Origin: Vicugna vicugna | Taxonomy: Eukaryota | Length of the DNA stretch: 64,000 bases | Direction of reading: 5' to 3' | NCBI GenBank assembly: GCA_013265495.1 | Contig: MU058718.1 | Span: 1,550,001 to 1,614,000, forward strand | Part shown: in pieces, positions 1 through 13,520 of the stretch | How the letters are laid out: the number at the start of each line of letters is the position of its first letter | Numbering within the stretch: position 1 is the first letter of the stretch | Program-made: the position numbers and the translations under genes | Notes under the pieces: generated by a model | The model's input: the letters and a program-made list of their open reading frames with translations, nothing else | The model's database searches: none | Told to the model about the DNA's origin: nothing

Positions 1-19
1 TTCCCTCTTTGTCCTCGTC

Positions 20-670
20 CTGCTTCCCACTGCTCTCCCTCCCATAGGCAGCCCTTCTAACAGCCCCTCTGTTTACTATACGTCCTTGGATATCCATGTG
101 TCCTTGAAGAATTTAGTGTTCCTTTGTGTGGTACCTGTTTTTAGTTTACATAAGTAATACTGCACTCAACTCTCCTTCAATTTGTTACATTTTCTTCTCT
201 TCTCTTATTAAGATCTATCAATGTCTATAAATCTAGCTTATTACTACAAACTGCTGCATATTATGAAGTTGAATGTATCATCACATTTTACTTATCCATT
301 GCTTCTAGTGATGGGCATCTGGGTTGCCACCAGTCCCAGCTACCATAAGTAATGTTGCACAGAATATTCTCATATGTCCCGTTTAGACAGCAGAGAATTT
401 CTCTTGAGGACTATATCTGAGATAGACAACAGAGCCACGGGGGAGATGCACGCTTATATTCACCACATATGCATGTATTGCTCTCCGGAATGTTGGTCCT
501 GGTCCATATGCCCACCTGTGACATAGGAGAATGCTCACAGCCTCACTAGCACTTGGTTTGCTGTGACTTTTTCATTGTTGTCAATCATGGCTCCCTCCTC
601 ATTACTAACAGGGCTTTTGATTTGGCAGTTTGAATCATTATTTTTGTGTTATATTTTTCTATTTTGTGAA
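20..670 (-). mobile_element. Ancient L1 (L1ME/L1MC-like) 3' fragment
   Basis: Degenerate antisense L1 3' motifs, e.g. 'ttacttatccattgcttctagtgatgggcatctgggttgc'; highly diverged. Confidence 0.7.
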
Positions 671-2189
671 ATTGTATTGAATGGCCTAAGGCAGGAAAGT
701 CTCTTGTGCAGTTTGGGTTGGCGTGGGGAACGATGCAATGTCCTGAATAGCAGAGAGCTGTCTGTATGGCATCAGCAGATTACCATTTTCAAAGAAGTGA
801 AAAATGAACTACCTGTAGTTGTGAAAACCCCTCCATGACCATAGTTTGTCTTTGAGAATTCAGATGTCACCTCAGAATTAAGTGTGATCTACAGGTTGTT
901 GTCATGAAAACTAGCTCTCGTTGTATTTTTCCTGGGAATTTGTCAGTTAAGAAATCACTTTGTCTTATAATGAGGAACAATTTGGGATAATGTAGAGGAC
1001 ATAATTAACGTGCTTCTTTATCCCACCCCGACTCCTGCACACATATACTCGGCCTTGAACTGCACTCTCTCCATCGCCCCTAGTGCGGGATTGGTCTGAG
1101 GTCCACGTCAGTATCACAAAATCCAGGAGCCCTCTGGCCACAGTTTGTAGGATGAGGAAAATTCATTGATCTAACACTGAGCTTATCAATAATTTTGGAT
1201 GAACGAGTAAGTCTTATGACTTTGAACTAACTGAAATGGAATTACGGTGAGTCCCAGAGGTGGCGCCAGGGCCAGACAGAGCTAATGTCAGGAGAACGCA
1301 GAAATTAAGAAGCTATAGAAGATCCTGATCTGCAAAAAAGGAAGAGAGATTACAACCACCAATCCAACAGCTATGAGTACACGCATCAGCCAAGCCGAAG
1401 CCTTACTGGGAAGAACCTGGACCTAAATTCTTCTCCTGACTCCCCTCCCACTGTATAAGAAATAAAGTTGATCAGACATTCTGCCTCAAAGACAAGCATC
1501 CACCCCCGGTTAAGTGGACACACTTACATTCCTGTTTCCTCCAGTTCTCCAGAGCTCGTTTCAGCCAAGCACCATGTGCCATTTTTAAGGGAAAACAGAA
1601 CATTCTGCGCCTCTACCGCTCTTTACTCATTAGAAATAAGTTTCGATAATTACTCTCAAGGAGATGGGTAGGGAATGGAGGGACATAGGGCATTGGGACA
1701 TTTATTGGGGAGTCAATTCCAGCACCCAAAGGGTCAACTAGAGTGTGGATGACAGACATCTCCTGATGGTACTGGAAGTCAAAGCTACAAAGGGTCTAAA
1801 CATAATGTAACTCAGATATATAATTTGATAATATTTTTAACAATCACAGAGCCTTCTTGCTTGAGTACATTGAAGATACTCTAAATATGTTTCAAACAGA
1901 ATCAAATTGCCTTGGTGGAAGTCAGCAAGCTGGAGGAAATGATATGGGAGGAAATCAAAAAAGAGAGCTTTTGTGATGGTCGGGAATCACTTTCTTAGCA
2001 GCTCAAGAACAATTTCTAGGACCACCTCAGTGAAAACTGTCACCCTGGCAACATTCTGACAAGTGAACAACCAGTAATGCTCCATTTGCCATTGTAAATT
2101 AGATGCTACCCAACCATTGGCTCTGTCACTTAATAAGCAAAGTAGCGTAGACATCCATGTTTTCCCTTATCCCTAAAGTCCTTTTCAGG

Positions 2190-2400
2190 AGCAGAATGTA
2201 GTGGTAAAGGGAATGGACTGGGAACTGAACTGTTCATGTTTCCAACCCTGGCTCTATCTTCCCAGCTGTGTGATTTTGAGCAAGTGACCTAAACTTTCTG
2301 TACTTCAGTTCACTCAGGTATAAAGTAGAGGTAACAATAGTGCTTCCCTTAGAGGGCTGTTGAAGGAAGATAAGTACTCAATACCTGTTAGCTATTATTT
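2190..2400 (+). mobile_element. MIR SINE
   Basis: MIR core 'gctgtgtgattttgagcaagtgacctaaactttctgtacttcagtt' and tail 'gttagctattatt'. Confidence 0.85.
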
Positions 2401-2419
2401 TAATTATTATTTTGGTAAT

Positions 2420-2860
2420 CGTGCCATGATTCTCCTTCAGGAAACCACCATCTCTCCCATTCTCAGTCCATATGACTGACATGGACCTGAGATCCCCTTC
2501 CTTACCTCCTCAGATATTGCCCTGCCCAAGGAGATTCTGTGAAATTCAAGGTTAGGAGTTTTGATTGGAGCTATTGGGAAAGAGGTACTTTTACTGTCAC
2601 TGGAGTTTGCTAAGCTAATGACTGTAAACCCATGGCTACTAGGAATCATCAATTAAGGGATCCTGCCTGAGAATAAAGCCAACACAGAGGAAAATCAGAC
2701 TTGAGCAAAGGCAAGAGACCAAATCTTTATGACATTATTCAAGCCCCTGGATCTAGCTGTTCCTGAAACCAATGCCTGAAATCCTTTGAATTTCCAACTG
2801 TGTGAGCCAATAAATTCCCTTCTTTGTTTAAATAATATAAATTAGGATTCTGGAATTTAT
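2420..2860 (+). mobile_element. MaLR solo LTR (MLT1K-like)
   Basis: 'gagaataaagccaacacagaggaaa...gcccctggatctagctgttcctgaa...tgagccaataaattccctt' resembles the MLT1K 3' half. Confidence 0.75.
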
Positions 2861-2934
2861 TATTAAAGGAGTCCTAAGGAATATAGTATATGATGGCCAA
2901 AAAAATATTTGGAGCCAAGTAATTTGCTACTTAA

Positions 2935-3055
2935 TTTTCCAAAACTTGTACTGAGAACCTGCTCTGTGCTAGACACTGTCCTGGGTACCGTGATGCAGTG
3001 TTGAGGAAAATAATATTTACATTCTAGTGAGGGGAAAACAGTCGACAAATAAATT
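2935..3055 (-). mobile_element. L2 3' fragment
   Basis: 'tactgagaacctgctctgtgctagacactgtcctgggtacc' is the antisense L2 3' end. Confidence 0.65.
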
Positions 3056-3744
3056 GATGGAACTACTACAATTTGTGGAGCTAAATATAGTCGAATATTG
3101 GTGATTTCAGATGATTCAGCCAAATACCTAAAGGTCAAACTGTAGGTACTGTTCACCTCAAGAGAGGTGAACCACGTTACTGGCTTCTAAGCAAATCACA
3201 GGGGGCTTCTAGTTTTCCATCTTCATCCCACAGATCTCCCCTCCTCCTGCGCACTATTTCTTCTCTCATGAATTAACTCTAGGTAATGTCACAAACTTGG
3301 TTCCAGACAAAGAGATACAACCACCTTAGAAGGCGTTTTCCTATCGCTTCAGTCCGTCCCACCTATCAAATTACACTGCTTACCAACCCTGGGACCGGAG
3401 CTTCCTTCACGGGTAGTCAGTAACAGTCCGGCTCACTGACTGCGTCTTCTAACCGGTGTACCTCCTTGATCCCAACACGGTGCCCTTTGCTATCACTTGG
3501 TACTTTCTCTGCCCACTGCCAGGCTGAACTCGTGATTCCTGCTCAGTTGTTCATCCCTTGCCTTCCAAGTTAGAACACCTAGCCAGCCCTCATCATTTGT
3601 GGTTTGGGGAAAGTTACATCTTACCTGACTGGTAGGAGTTTAACAGGACTGAATCTGGCAGAAGGACAGTTGATACTGGGAGTGACAGTGAAGTCAGTGG
3701 GATAGACATGGAGTGGAACAGAGAGGCAGGGTGGGTGGCCTGAG

Positions 3745-3950
3745 GAAATGGACTCAGACAGAAATAAGCATGCAAGACATTATTAAGAAGTGCTTATGAG
3801 TGCAGCACCTGTAGGTGGGAAGGGGCGAGAAGAAAGAGGTAGGTTTGGGCGGAAAGAGAAGTTGAACTGTAATGCAGTCGTCATGGAAGACTTAGAAGCC
3901 GGCAGGGAGTTCTGAGATGACCGTTAAGACTTGTTTGGAATTGGAGTGCA
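3745..3950 (-). mobile_element. ERVL LTR fragment (LTR16-like)
   Basis: 'cagcacctgtagg...tttgggcggaaagagaagttgaactgtaatgcagtc' resembles antisense LTR16. Confidence 0.6.
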
Positions 3951-4289
3951 AGACACCTGCTTCATCTCTTTGCTAATGTGTTATTAGCAATATTCATGTT
4001 GTTTAAAGTTTGTGTTTTACTGTCTTAATTTTAATTGCAGTCTTTCCCCACTTACTGTCAAGCCCTTTTAGCCCCTCAGTAAGTGCTGTCCTTAAAAGTC
4101 AATCAAGCGCTTATTGAAGGCATGAATAAACAAATGAACAGTTAGCGATTAAAGGGAGTGAAACAAGATGATAATTCATATTCCCTACAGGACTGTGTAT
4201 GTTTAAATAGGAATCTGATCACTTCATTGCCAACACTTAAGATAATTTCACATTTTAATCTCTCAACAAATACTGGTTAAGCAATTTAT

Positions 4290-4660
4290 ACCAAAGACTG
4301 CAGGGATACAGACACAAAGGAGAAATGATCTTTAGTATCAAGAAACTTGCCTTCTAGTTGTAAGTCATACAAACAGATAATTCTGATGCAAGTCAGGATG
4401 TGTCACTATCAGTGGGCTCACCCAAGGTACCCCAAGAGTTGGGAGATTTGAGGCTCTGCTAAACCGGGGACATGGTAGAAGGCATTGGGAAGATGGTGCC
4501 CTTTATCTGGGCTCTGAAGGATGAATTGGGCTTAGATAAAGTTAGTGTGATGTTCAAGGCTGAGGGAATGTCATGGACAGAGGAAGAGGAAGTCACGTGA
4601 ATGAGCTGGATGATGGAGTAAATTTGTAGAACGGCAAGAGATGACACCAGGGTATTATTG
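4290..4660 (-). mobile_element. L2 fragment
   Basis: 'tcaagaaacttgccttctag...tctgggctctgaaggatgaattgg' are typical antisense L2 motifs. Confidence 0.6.
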
Positions 4661-5644
4661 GCCTATAGTCAGCTTCTGGAAACGTCGGAGAGAGTCTTAA
4701 CCACCCAGACAGCTGAGTCTTAAGAGAAAAACACTCTAGTACTCTTTAGTGTAATTCTTAATTTTATTCTGTTTTCTCCAGGAGTAGATCTATTCTAGGC
4801 CAGTAATTCTTTTGTGGATCTGGCTGGTTTTTATTTAGTTCTTTCATTTTCAAAAAATAGGGGATTATTCATAAGCATGTGTGAAATCATCAGGAATTGT
4901 ATTGGTTTATAACACCAAGGTGATTCTGAAATGTACTAAATCTACCAAAAGGCTTAAATATTACCTAAACATTTCTTTTTTTTTTTTTCCTTTTGGTGTT
5001 GGGAAGAGAGAGGTCATGCTCTGAAAACCCCTTTAAGAAAGAGAAAACTTTCAGAAAATTTTGTTAGACAGCTAATAACTAAATTTCTACAATTCTTCAA
5101 ATGATGTCAAACCAGCTGTATGAGAGTATGGGAAGTGATGACATAAAAGCAAAAGAGAAACACATTTAACTTCTACAGTTAATAAGTACTAGAATAACCA
5201 ACCATGTGTTACCTGTGTAAGGTAGTTCTATCTCGTGATGATTTAAAATGAAAATGAATTTACTTTTAGACAGTGATGGGAGAAAATGGAGATTTGGGAT
5301 AAAACTCAGGAAAATAAGAATAAACAGTATATTTACTAACATACTATAATTGCTTAAGCAGTTTTGTCCTTCAGAAGTAAAACCAACCAGGGCTGCATCT
5401 CATCTCCAAGGGTCAGAAAATTCTCATTTATTTTTATCATAACCTTAGTTTGCAGCTAGATCCACGTCTAGGTTATCTGCCAGCATTTTTGTGATCGTCT
5501 GCTGGCTCACACTGTGCAGGAGGGTGGACCTGTTGAGTTAGGGCAGGACAGCCCCAAGTTCCTTTTGAAGAAATCCATGATTAATGTGTTCTCACATCTC
5601 CCTCAGCAGGTTGCACATTGGAAAGGTCTTTCCAGAGGCTTTCT

Positions 5645-5682
5645 GAAAAGAAAAAGAAAAGAAAAGAAAAGAAAAAAAAAAA
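5645..5682 (+). repeat. (GAAAA)n / poly-A tract
   Basis: Directly visible. Confidence 0.9.
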
Positions 5683-6669
5683 CCAGGGCCGGGCAGATTC
5701 ATGAATATCTTCTAGCTCCAGGAAAGCCATCCAGACTGGAAGTTTGCCAAAGGGCATACTTTGGCTTCCTGCCAGTATTTTGTAGTAGGGAAACATTATG
5801 TGGAGGGACTTCCTTTGCTCTAGTGAAAGCTTACCAAAGGTCAGAAAATTATCCATTTTACCCACACACAGAGTCTGACGTTCACAGATTTATGGCAGCT
5901 CAGGAATTCATGACATATCCTTAGAGTTTACCCTGGATGACAAAGAAAGTAGAAATATGATAATGAAATCATTATATATAAACATTAGTCTTTTCTGCAC
6001 ATTTTTTACAGTCCTGCCCCCCCAAAAGTATAAGTAATGATTTGATTTGCTTCACTCTATAATTCTTTGAATAACTTCTAAAAATATTTTCCCCAACAGA
6101 AACATAATATCATCTGGTTCATAATAACTAAACCTGATGTTCCAAAACATAAGTATAACTCTTTTTCTTTAAATTTTGTAATTGGGTCACCATATTTATA
6201 GTTTCATTTTTAAGCTACACTTTTTAAACAAAACACTTGATGTTAAGGAAAGGAAATATCACAAGGCCAGACTGGTTACTCCAATCCTTTCATTCTCAAC
6301 TCCATTTTCTTTTTCACATTAAATGCTGAAATTAAAGAAAAATAATGTTCTATTGTTGTTCCTCATGAAATAAATAGAACAGCCATGTACACAAACTGCT
6401 GAACTTTAACGAAGCAATGTGTAGAGTTTTATTCCTTTCACAATGAAAATTTACCTCCAGTCTCTTTCATTCAATAAGAGGCCTAAGACCACCAACCTAG
6501 AAATAATTTCTAGTTTTTAATAGTTTCCATTAATATCTATGAAAACACAGTAAATGCGTAATTTTCACATCAGGATATGGAACCACAAGAAGTGAATTAT
6601 GTATATGGACTACATAAAAGTAATCTCATAATACCAATGCTTGCCAAACAAAAGCGTCCTTTATAATTT

Positions 6670-6960
6670 TCATCCATTCAACAGATTCATTGAAGTCCTA
6701 CCAAATGCTTTGTGTCAAGGTAGAAGGTTTAAGGGATATGAGATCTATGATGTGCAACTCCTGTCCTAGAGAAACTAGACTTCAGTTGCAAAAGCACACA
6801 AGTTTGTGTGCACACACGCTTACACATACACGAAACACAGTTACATGGGATTAAGAGTTCGACAGCGGTCCAATACACAAAGAGCAGAGTGGCTCAGAGG
6901 AAATGGTGATCACTATTATTTCTAACAGTCTAAGGAGTTGTCATGGAAATGGTGGGCATT
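6670..6960 (-). mobile_element. L2 3' fragment
   Basis: 'catccattcaacagattcattgaagtcctacc...ctcctgtcctagagaaact'. Confidence 0.55.
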
Positions 6961-8700
6961 TTTCCAAAGGATAAACCAATGGCCAAGGATTCCGTGCTTC
7001 ACAGATGTATACATCTAATTGAAAAGAAGATTCTGTTGATGCTCTGTTACCCTGGATAAATATTTTTATACCTTAACATCCCCCTTTCTTCTTTCTCTTC
7101 TCCTCACCCCACACCCATCAGCTGCTTGTGCTTATAGTGCCTGTTGCTATGACTCCTACACATTCTGCCAGAAATCGAAAGCAAGTGTCTTAATCTCTGA
7201 GCACCAGAGAAAACGATCTTACATTAATGACACATTTTTATGTACAAATAAAATGGCCTTCTCAGAGTTGGGAAAGGGGTAGATAGATAGACAGATATAG
7301 AAATGCATGGATTTTCTGAAGCAATTTTACTAAGAGTTATAAACCATTCTTTGTATTCTTTTTCATGGAATCACATCAGCTGACTTCAGAATGATCTATC
7401 TTTGTGAATGAATAACTAAGGTAGCTGGAAATGAAATATTCATACTCTGTAAAGTTTTCTAAATATTTCTGAACCTGTCCATTTAATCCATTTCTTTTTT
7501 AACTTTATTATTTTAATTATTAATTAGAATCAACACTAGAAGAATGTATTCTATCATTAGGAACCTTATATATACACAAAGGTGAGGGAATTAAAACCAG
7601 GTAGAAACTGTAGGAGGCTCATAACAGAACTGAAATTGTTTTTGTTTTCAACCCTCCTGGGTTGTAATACATCCAGCAGTGAGGTCCTGTAACTTCATCA
7701 TGAGATGGTGGTCCATGATCTGAGGTGGGCAGCACAGAGAAGATGCTAGAACATTACAAGGGCACAGACGCACTCCAGAACATAGAAAGATCTCTGTTTC
7801 CCTTAAAACCCTTTTCTGCTTTGTTTTCTTCAGAACTTGACTAAAATTAGGATGTTTCACACATGTGGTTAGCCTTATTTGGGGAAGTCAAGCTGTGTAT
7901 CTCCTCTTAACAAATTGCCTTCTCTCTGCACCAGCAGCATGGATCAAGCCCAAAAATAGAAATCAGTTTACAGCCTGTTATTCAAATTAGGCCGGCTGTG
8001 AATTCCTCTCTCTGCAAGGAGGTTTTCTGGCCATTCATTCCTAAAGTTGATAGTTGTTGAAGAAATATGTGTTCATTTTACCCATTGAAATTTTACTTAT
8101 TAAGAAAGTCTGTGTACTCAGAAAGATATATGACTTGACTAAGTTAGCTTTGTTGAAAATGGGGAATCCAAATTTGGGGGAGGTATAAGAACCAACTTTC
8201 TAGACCAAGATGCCCCTTCAACTAATGAAACAGCAGAATTTATTTTACCACTGAGGTTAGTGATAGTCAAAATCTTACTCTGGACCATGAGTTGATGACC
8301 TACCTAAGAGCTGGAAGACTTTGTACATTTCTGAGGTTAAGCAAACATGCCTGTGGTTCAGAAAGATGTATATCCACGTGGCACAACGTTAAGGCCGGAG
8401 AGGTGAGGAAAAGGCTACAAGGATGCACTTCTCAACTTTGCTCAACTTTATGGCTGTTTTATCCAGTGAAGTCATCTTCTGTGTGTAACTCGGCATCATC
8501 AAATCTGGGTCTCCAAGAGCTAGGAAAGCGGTACAAGGAACTCTGAGCTCCTAAAGAAAAGGTCTGTGTAAACATAGGGATTTTTAATTAACTTTTTCTT
8601 CCTCTAAGAACCAGCGTTTACATTTCTCTTTCTCTCCTCCTATTACTCCCCCCCATCACTCATTCTTTTCTGTGGTCAATTGGGTTACCACCCAAACCCA

Positions 8701-8719
8701 CAGTGACACCTGCTGGTCA
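8701..8719 (-). promoter_or_regulatory. Candidate CTCF-binding motif
   Basis: Minus strand TGACCAGCAGGTGTCACTG; 13/14 match to CCASYAGRKGGCRS, in sequence I could not assign to a repeat. Confidence 0.5.
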
Positions 8720-11174
8720 ATCAGGAATGGCTGGACTGAGTATCTGCAAAGGCCTTGTTTGGCCCGAGATAGGCAAGTGAGTCCACTGGAACAAACATTA
8801 AGGACTATAGACTTCTTTTAGAAACTTAAGACAGTGAGAAAAAATTAAGTGAGCCTTTCCCTCCAAGGGGCAGCTTGGGAAGGAGGGATTTTTCAGGAAA
8901 ATCCGCCTGACCATTCCAAATAGAAAACTTAAGCATTGTATGTGTTTGGAGCTCATAAAAATAAGCCAAAAATACATCCTGTATTACGAATCAATTATTA
9001 AGTCTTAAGAAAATTGATATGCTAATTACTCGTGAAAGTCACTTTTTACGTTGGTTTTTATCAGCTACATTTATGGTCCAAAAAGTTTTATGTAGCATTA
9101 GCTCAGTGAAGTCCCAAGAGAACCACACAGGAGTGTGTCACACACACATTGTTTCCTTTAAAAATATTGATTAGATCTCCAAAACAAAGGGTTAAAATTT
9201 TAAATTTAAGACACTCTTTCCTATCACTTCCTCCAAACTTCCAATTCTTATTTCTTTACTGAAGAATATTCATGTTTTGTTAATCCTAGGTATTTATACA
9301 TTGGTTATCTTGGCTGGGTACATTTTTGAGGATGTTTGCTTTGTTTTAAGCAAATCTGTTTCTGACTTGAAAGTACAAATTCTAGTAAAAACAGAGACAA
9401 CAGGACTATTTATTAACATATGTACATTTTCATAAAATATTTACACTTTTCATTTGAAGGTTAAATCCTAGGAAAAATTCCTCATACACATGTTCGTATT
9501 TGAACCACGAGGTTGTCCCTGAGGACTTGTAGCAGCAAATGTGTATTAGACAAAAATGTTGGCCTTCTTCATCCTTACTCTGTGTTCTAAAAGCCAAAAC
9601 TTCATTTTAACATGACCTTAGAAGAGTAGTGATACTTTTAGCATTTCCTGGTATTTGGTGGAAGGAATGTTTTTATTTGACTGCGGATGTCACTTGGTTT
9701 ACAGGAAAGATTTGGTAACGTGTTCATGCCAGTACTGCACTTACCCCAAATTTCTTGCTATGTAGGAAGAACACATGTCAAAGCTCACTGTTTGTTAAAT
9801 GGAAAAGATTCAGTACACCAGAAGCTTCTATTATAAACATTGTGACTTCGTGCAATTTACAAAATGTTCTATCTCCATTAAACAATAAACCCTTGACCCC
9901 AGAGCTCAGTTTCGGGATTCTGCGATTGGAGAAGGTAGACATAATGGATGGCAATAATAAATGAAAAGTTCAAGAGGTTAAGAAAAACTGTTTAATTATT
10001 TCTCTGGAGCGTGGGCTGCAGAAGCCTTGCATGTCTGCCTGCATCATGGTGGAAAGGCTGCGTGGAAGGGGGCCATCAGTGCAGCCCAGGCAGGGCAGAA
10101 AAGCAGGTTGCTGGCCCTCAGCTGTGTTTATGAACACATGGTCTCGGATACCCTTCCCTCACTGAACCTTGCCGTTCCTGCCAGGGGAGGTCCAGTGCCA
10201 GTCCCAGGGCTCAGCATCTGTTTTCCAAGGAGCTTGGATTCGTTCGCATGAGAAATTCATTGCTCATAGTTGCTTCCCAGCTGTGGCACTAGTGAGTGTA
10301 GCCTTTCTGCCTTATTTATTTGTAGAAAACCAGGTCCCGTCCTCTGCTGGAGGCTCTCTTACATAACTAATCCTGGACAGGCTGCTGTGCTCTCAGTCCC
10401 AGCCCCGTTCAGCTGCCTTCTTAGCTTAAGAGCTCCTTCTTTAAACCTCCTCACTGGAATTTCACAAGGTGGGAGGTTGGGGGTCGAGGGTCCCACGTGA
10501 GGACAGGACCCTGGCAGTTCCCAAGGAACCGTGTTCTCTAAATCAGATATCCAAGGAACAGGCCAGATCTACAGACTGGGACCTTGGTGGGAGAAACACT
10601 CTGGGGGAGGCTCTCAGTGGAGTTTTGGAGGCCAGGGAAACAGCCCTCCCAGAAGAGAACAAGTGAAGGCAATGTGCTGAGAACTCCTCACAAAGTGTGC
10701 TCAGAGTGGGAGCCAGTAAAGGATACACAGTAGGTCTAGACCCAGGGTTTTAAGGAGAGCAGACAGACATTCTGTTACTAGACAAACTGAATTCTTTAGG
10801 GCTTCCATCCCTCAACCTGACCCCAAAACTTTTACAGCAAATTGCTGTCTGTCTAATTCCATATAGACTTGCAGACACCAGCCCAGGAGCAGCTGCTTGA
10901 ATGAACCTTGGCTTCTGAACTGAAGAAAAGCATTGTGAAGGCTGTGATGTAGAAAAGCAAAATGATGTGGCTTTGCTGTAATTTCGACTCTGAGCATTTT
11001 TCATTGTAATCTGAAAAAAAACATTGAAATCAAAACCTTAATGAAAGAATTAAAGCATTCTATTTATCCAGTGTCTTAACGTTAAAGACTCTGAGGTCAG
11101 AATGCCCCATAAAAGAGGGGAAACTGTTTTCCAGTGTAAGGACTATAGGAGAAGGGGGGTGTACAGAAGGATGG

Positions 11175-11400
11175 GTCAGAACCAGAGCTTTGAGTTAGGA
11201 AGTTCTGGATCCCGCTCTTACCTATCAGGGTGATCTTGGGGAGGTTATTTACCTTCTCAACACACCAGTTTTCTTGTCTGTAAATTAGGGCTAGTAGTTC
11301 AGACCTCAGACTGTTGTAAGGATTACATGACACAGTGCACCCAGGAAGATACTCAGCGTGGGGTCAGGCATTCTCAATCACTGCTGGCAATAACTAACAA
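11175..11400 (+). mobile_element. MIR SINE
   Basis: 'gtgatcttggggaggttatttaccttctc...cagttttcttgtctgtaaa...gttgtaaggatta'. Confidence 0.8.
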
Positions 11401-12025
11401 TAATAACTAAGCCATCACCTAGGAACACAAAGACATTGAATTGAAACCCAGTCTTGACAACAATAGTCTGTGTGAACACAAACAAATTTCTTCCCTTTCC
11501 TTTGGCTCAGGATCTCCCCTTCGGTACCACTGGGATAAAGAATAGCATGGGTAGAATGTTTCAAACTGTATGAGATTAAAATGAAATAATCATTTTGGGA
11601 GAAAAGGCTATGTCCTAGGAGCAAGTGTCTATTCCGTTCTTACCCAGCACTGTACAGAGAACGTCCTGACAAAGGGGCAGTTACAAAGCCAGGGCCTCAG
11701 CACCAACTCAGACGATGGGGGAAGGGCCACATGACCAGGCACACGGGACACAGGCCATCTGGTCTTCAGGACGGGACAGTCCAGCTGAACACAAAGGCAG
11801 GGGTGAGCTAGAGCACTTTCTCAGCCACCATGCGCACCCACTTTTCATGCTGGGATGCCTCAAATGGATTCAAGACACAGGCTTCAAGATGAACTGAACC
11901 TTTTCCGGGCCCCCGATCCCTGCACCGACCCCTCCAGGTAGGAGCAGTTTGGCTGTTTGTCTGGATGCCATACCCATGTCTGTGAGTCACAGAGTGAAGA
12001 AGACAGAGAAGTCCCAGGTTTAAGA

Positions 12026-12385
12026 CAAGGCCGGGACTAGGGTGAGGCACAAAATTTAAGAGGGTGCCCCAAAACTCAGTAATCAAAATAAATAATACTT
12101 CAATGCAGTGTTTTAAAAATAAAAATTAGTGCATAAAACCCCATGATGGACAAGATACAGGGTTTTTTTAATTTTATAGAACTGTTGTTGACTTACAATG
12201 TTAGTTTCAGGTGTAGAGAAAAATGACTCAGTTATATATATACATACATATATATTTTCTTTTCAGATCCTTTTCCATTATAGGTTATTACAAGAAATTA
12301 AATATAATTCCCTGTACTACGTAGTGGGTCCTTGTTGTTTATCTGTTTTATATATAAGATATAGTTTTAAATAAATAAAGGATTG
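12026..12385 (+). mobile_element. hAT-type MITE (MER96B-like), interrupted by an L1 stub
   Basis: 'caaggccgggactagggtgaggcacaaaatttaagagggtgccccaaaactcagtaatcaaaataaataat' resembles the MER96B 5' end as recalled; resumes at 'ttttaaataaa' after the insertion. Confidence 0.6.
12163..12355 (-). mobile_element. Younger lineage-specific L1, 5'-truncated 3' stub
   Basis: 'cttttccattataggttattacaag...ccctgtactacgtagtgggtccttgttgtttatct'; degenerate TSD AAGATACAGGGTTTT (12152-12166) / AAGATATAGTTTT (12356-12368) at an endonuclease-like TTTT/AA site. Confidence 0.85.
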
Positions 12386-13019
12386 AAAGGTTCAGAAGCA
12401 CCAGGTAGGGCCGGAACAGACCTGGGCCTGTGGCTGCACCAGGAGAAAGCTAACGCTGGCAGAGCCGAGGGGTGCCGGGAGGCCCCGAAAGAAAAGCTCA
12501 TAAATGTCCAAGGTCTGTTTCTGAGGGCCTTGACCCCCAGAAGCCTTGTCCCCTTCATGGCTTCATACTGGATACATGTGAACTCCACAAACCGACTGGG
12601 GGATAATGTGAGAAAAAAGCTCTGTACCTCTCTGGGTTCAGGGTTCATTCAAAGCTGGCAACACTTGACTTTCGAGTTCAAAGGAAAAAACTGCTTATCA
12701 AAGAGCTCAAGAGATTTCTTGAACCTAGATCTAGTATTTACCTTGCAATGTTTTGATGAATGAGGGTTCAGTGATTCCAAAGTACACAGATTAAATTTCC
12801 CTAGAATATACACAATTTGGGAAAATGAAAGGGAAATGGCGCTTTGCGTAAAATCCGTTTTGGGTTCGGCTGTACCCCCAAGTATTTAAAAAATACCACA
12901 GAGCTTGCCAAACCCCAAGTGCTTCTGGGCTCACATAGCCTCAGCTCCCTACTTGAAAATACCTTCCCCGCAGGAAGTCTGTACCCTTCTGTAAGTGAAA
13001 GCATCCCCAGATGGTACAG

Positions 13020-13520
13020 GCCCGTCTCGTGCTATGTGACGCTCCATCACAGGGCCTTGGGAAAAGCACAGAGCCCTAGTCACCAGGCTCGCGAGTCCTT
13101 CCTGAAGTCCATTTACGTGGATGACCCAGGAGCACCGGTCTGTTCAAATTTAGGTAGCAGCACCAAGCGCTCTTCGGTAGGGCTGTGCGTGCGGCGCTGT
13201 GGCTGGGGGACCGGAGCCAATGGAGCGCACCGCGATGAAAGCGAAGCGCTTGTATTCGAGGGAGACGGTCTCCTGCCATTTCCGTGACATTCTTCCTAAC
13301 TCTCCTAGAGCAGGATTAGAAATGAGTATCACACAGACCCGAATGTTGCTTCTGAGTCGGGCAGCGCGAGGCGGCCGAGGAGCCGTGGAGACGGCTTCTC
13401 AGGCTGGCAGCCCGGGCGCAGGGCGGAGCCGCGGCCATTCTGTCCCAGGCTTCGTTTCTCGCGCTCGCTGCGCTGGCCTGAGAAGCCGGGCACGTTTCTT
13501 CAACCTTGGAAGCGGCGGAG
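13020..13520. promoter_or_regulatory. CpG island-like region with GC box; candidate promoter/enhancer
   Basis: About 43 CpGs in about 500 bp (hand count) in a CpG-depleted window; GGGCGGAG at 13421-13428. Confidence 0.65.

Noticed and set aside
1085..1470. Possible very old ERVL/MaLR LTR
   Set aside because: Only a vague resemblance plus an AATAAA near 1461; too diverged to call by eye.
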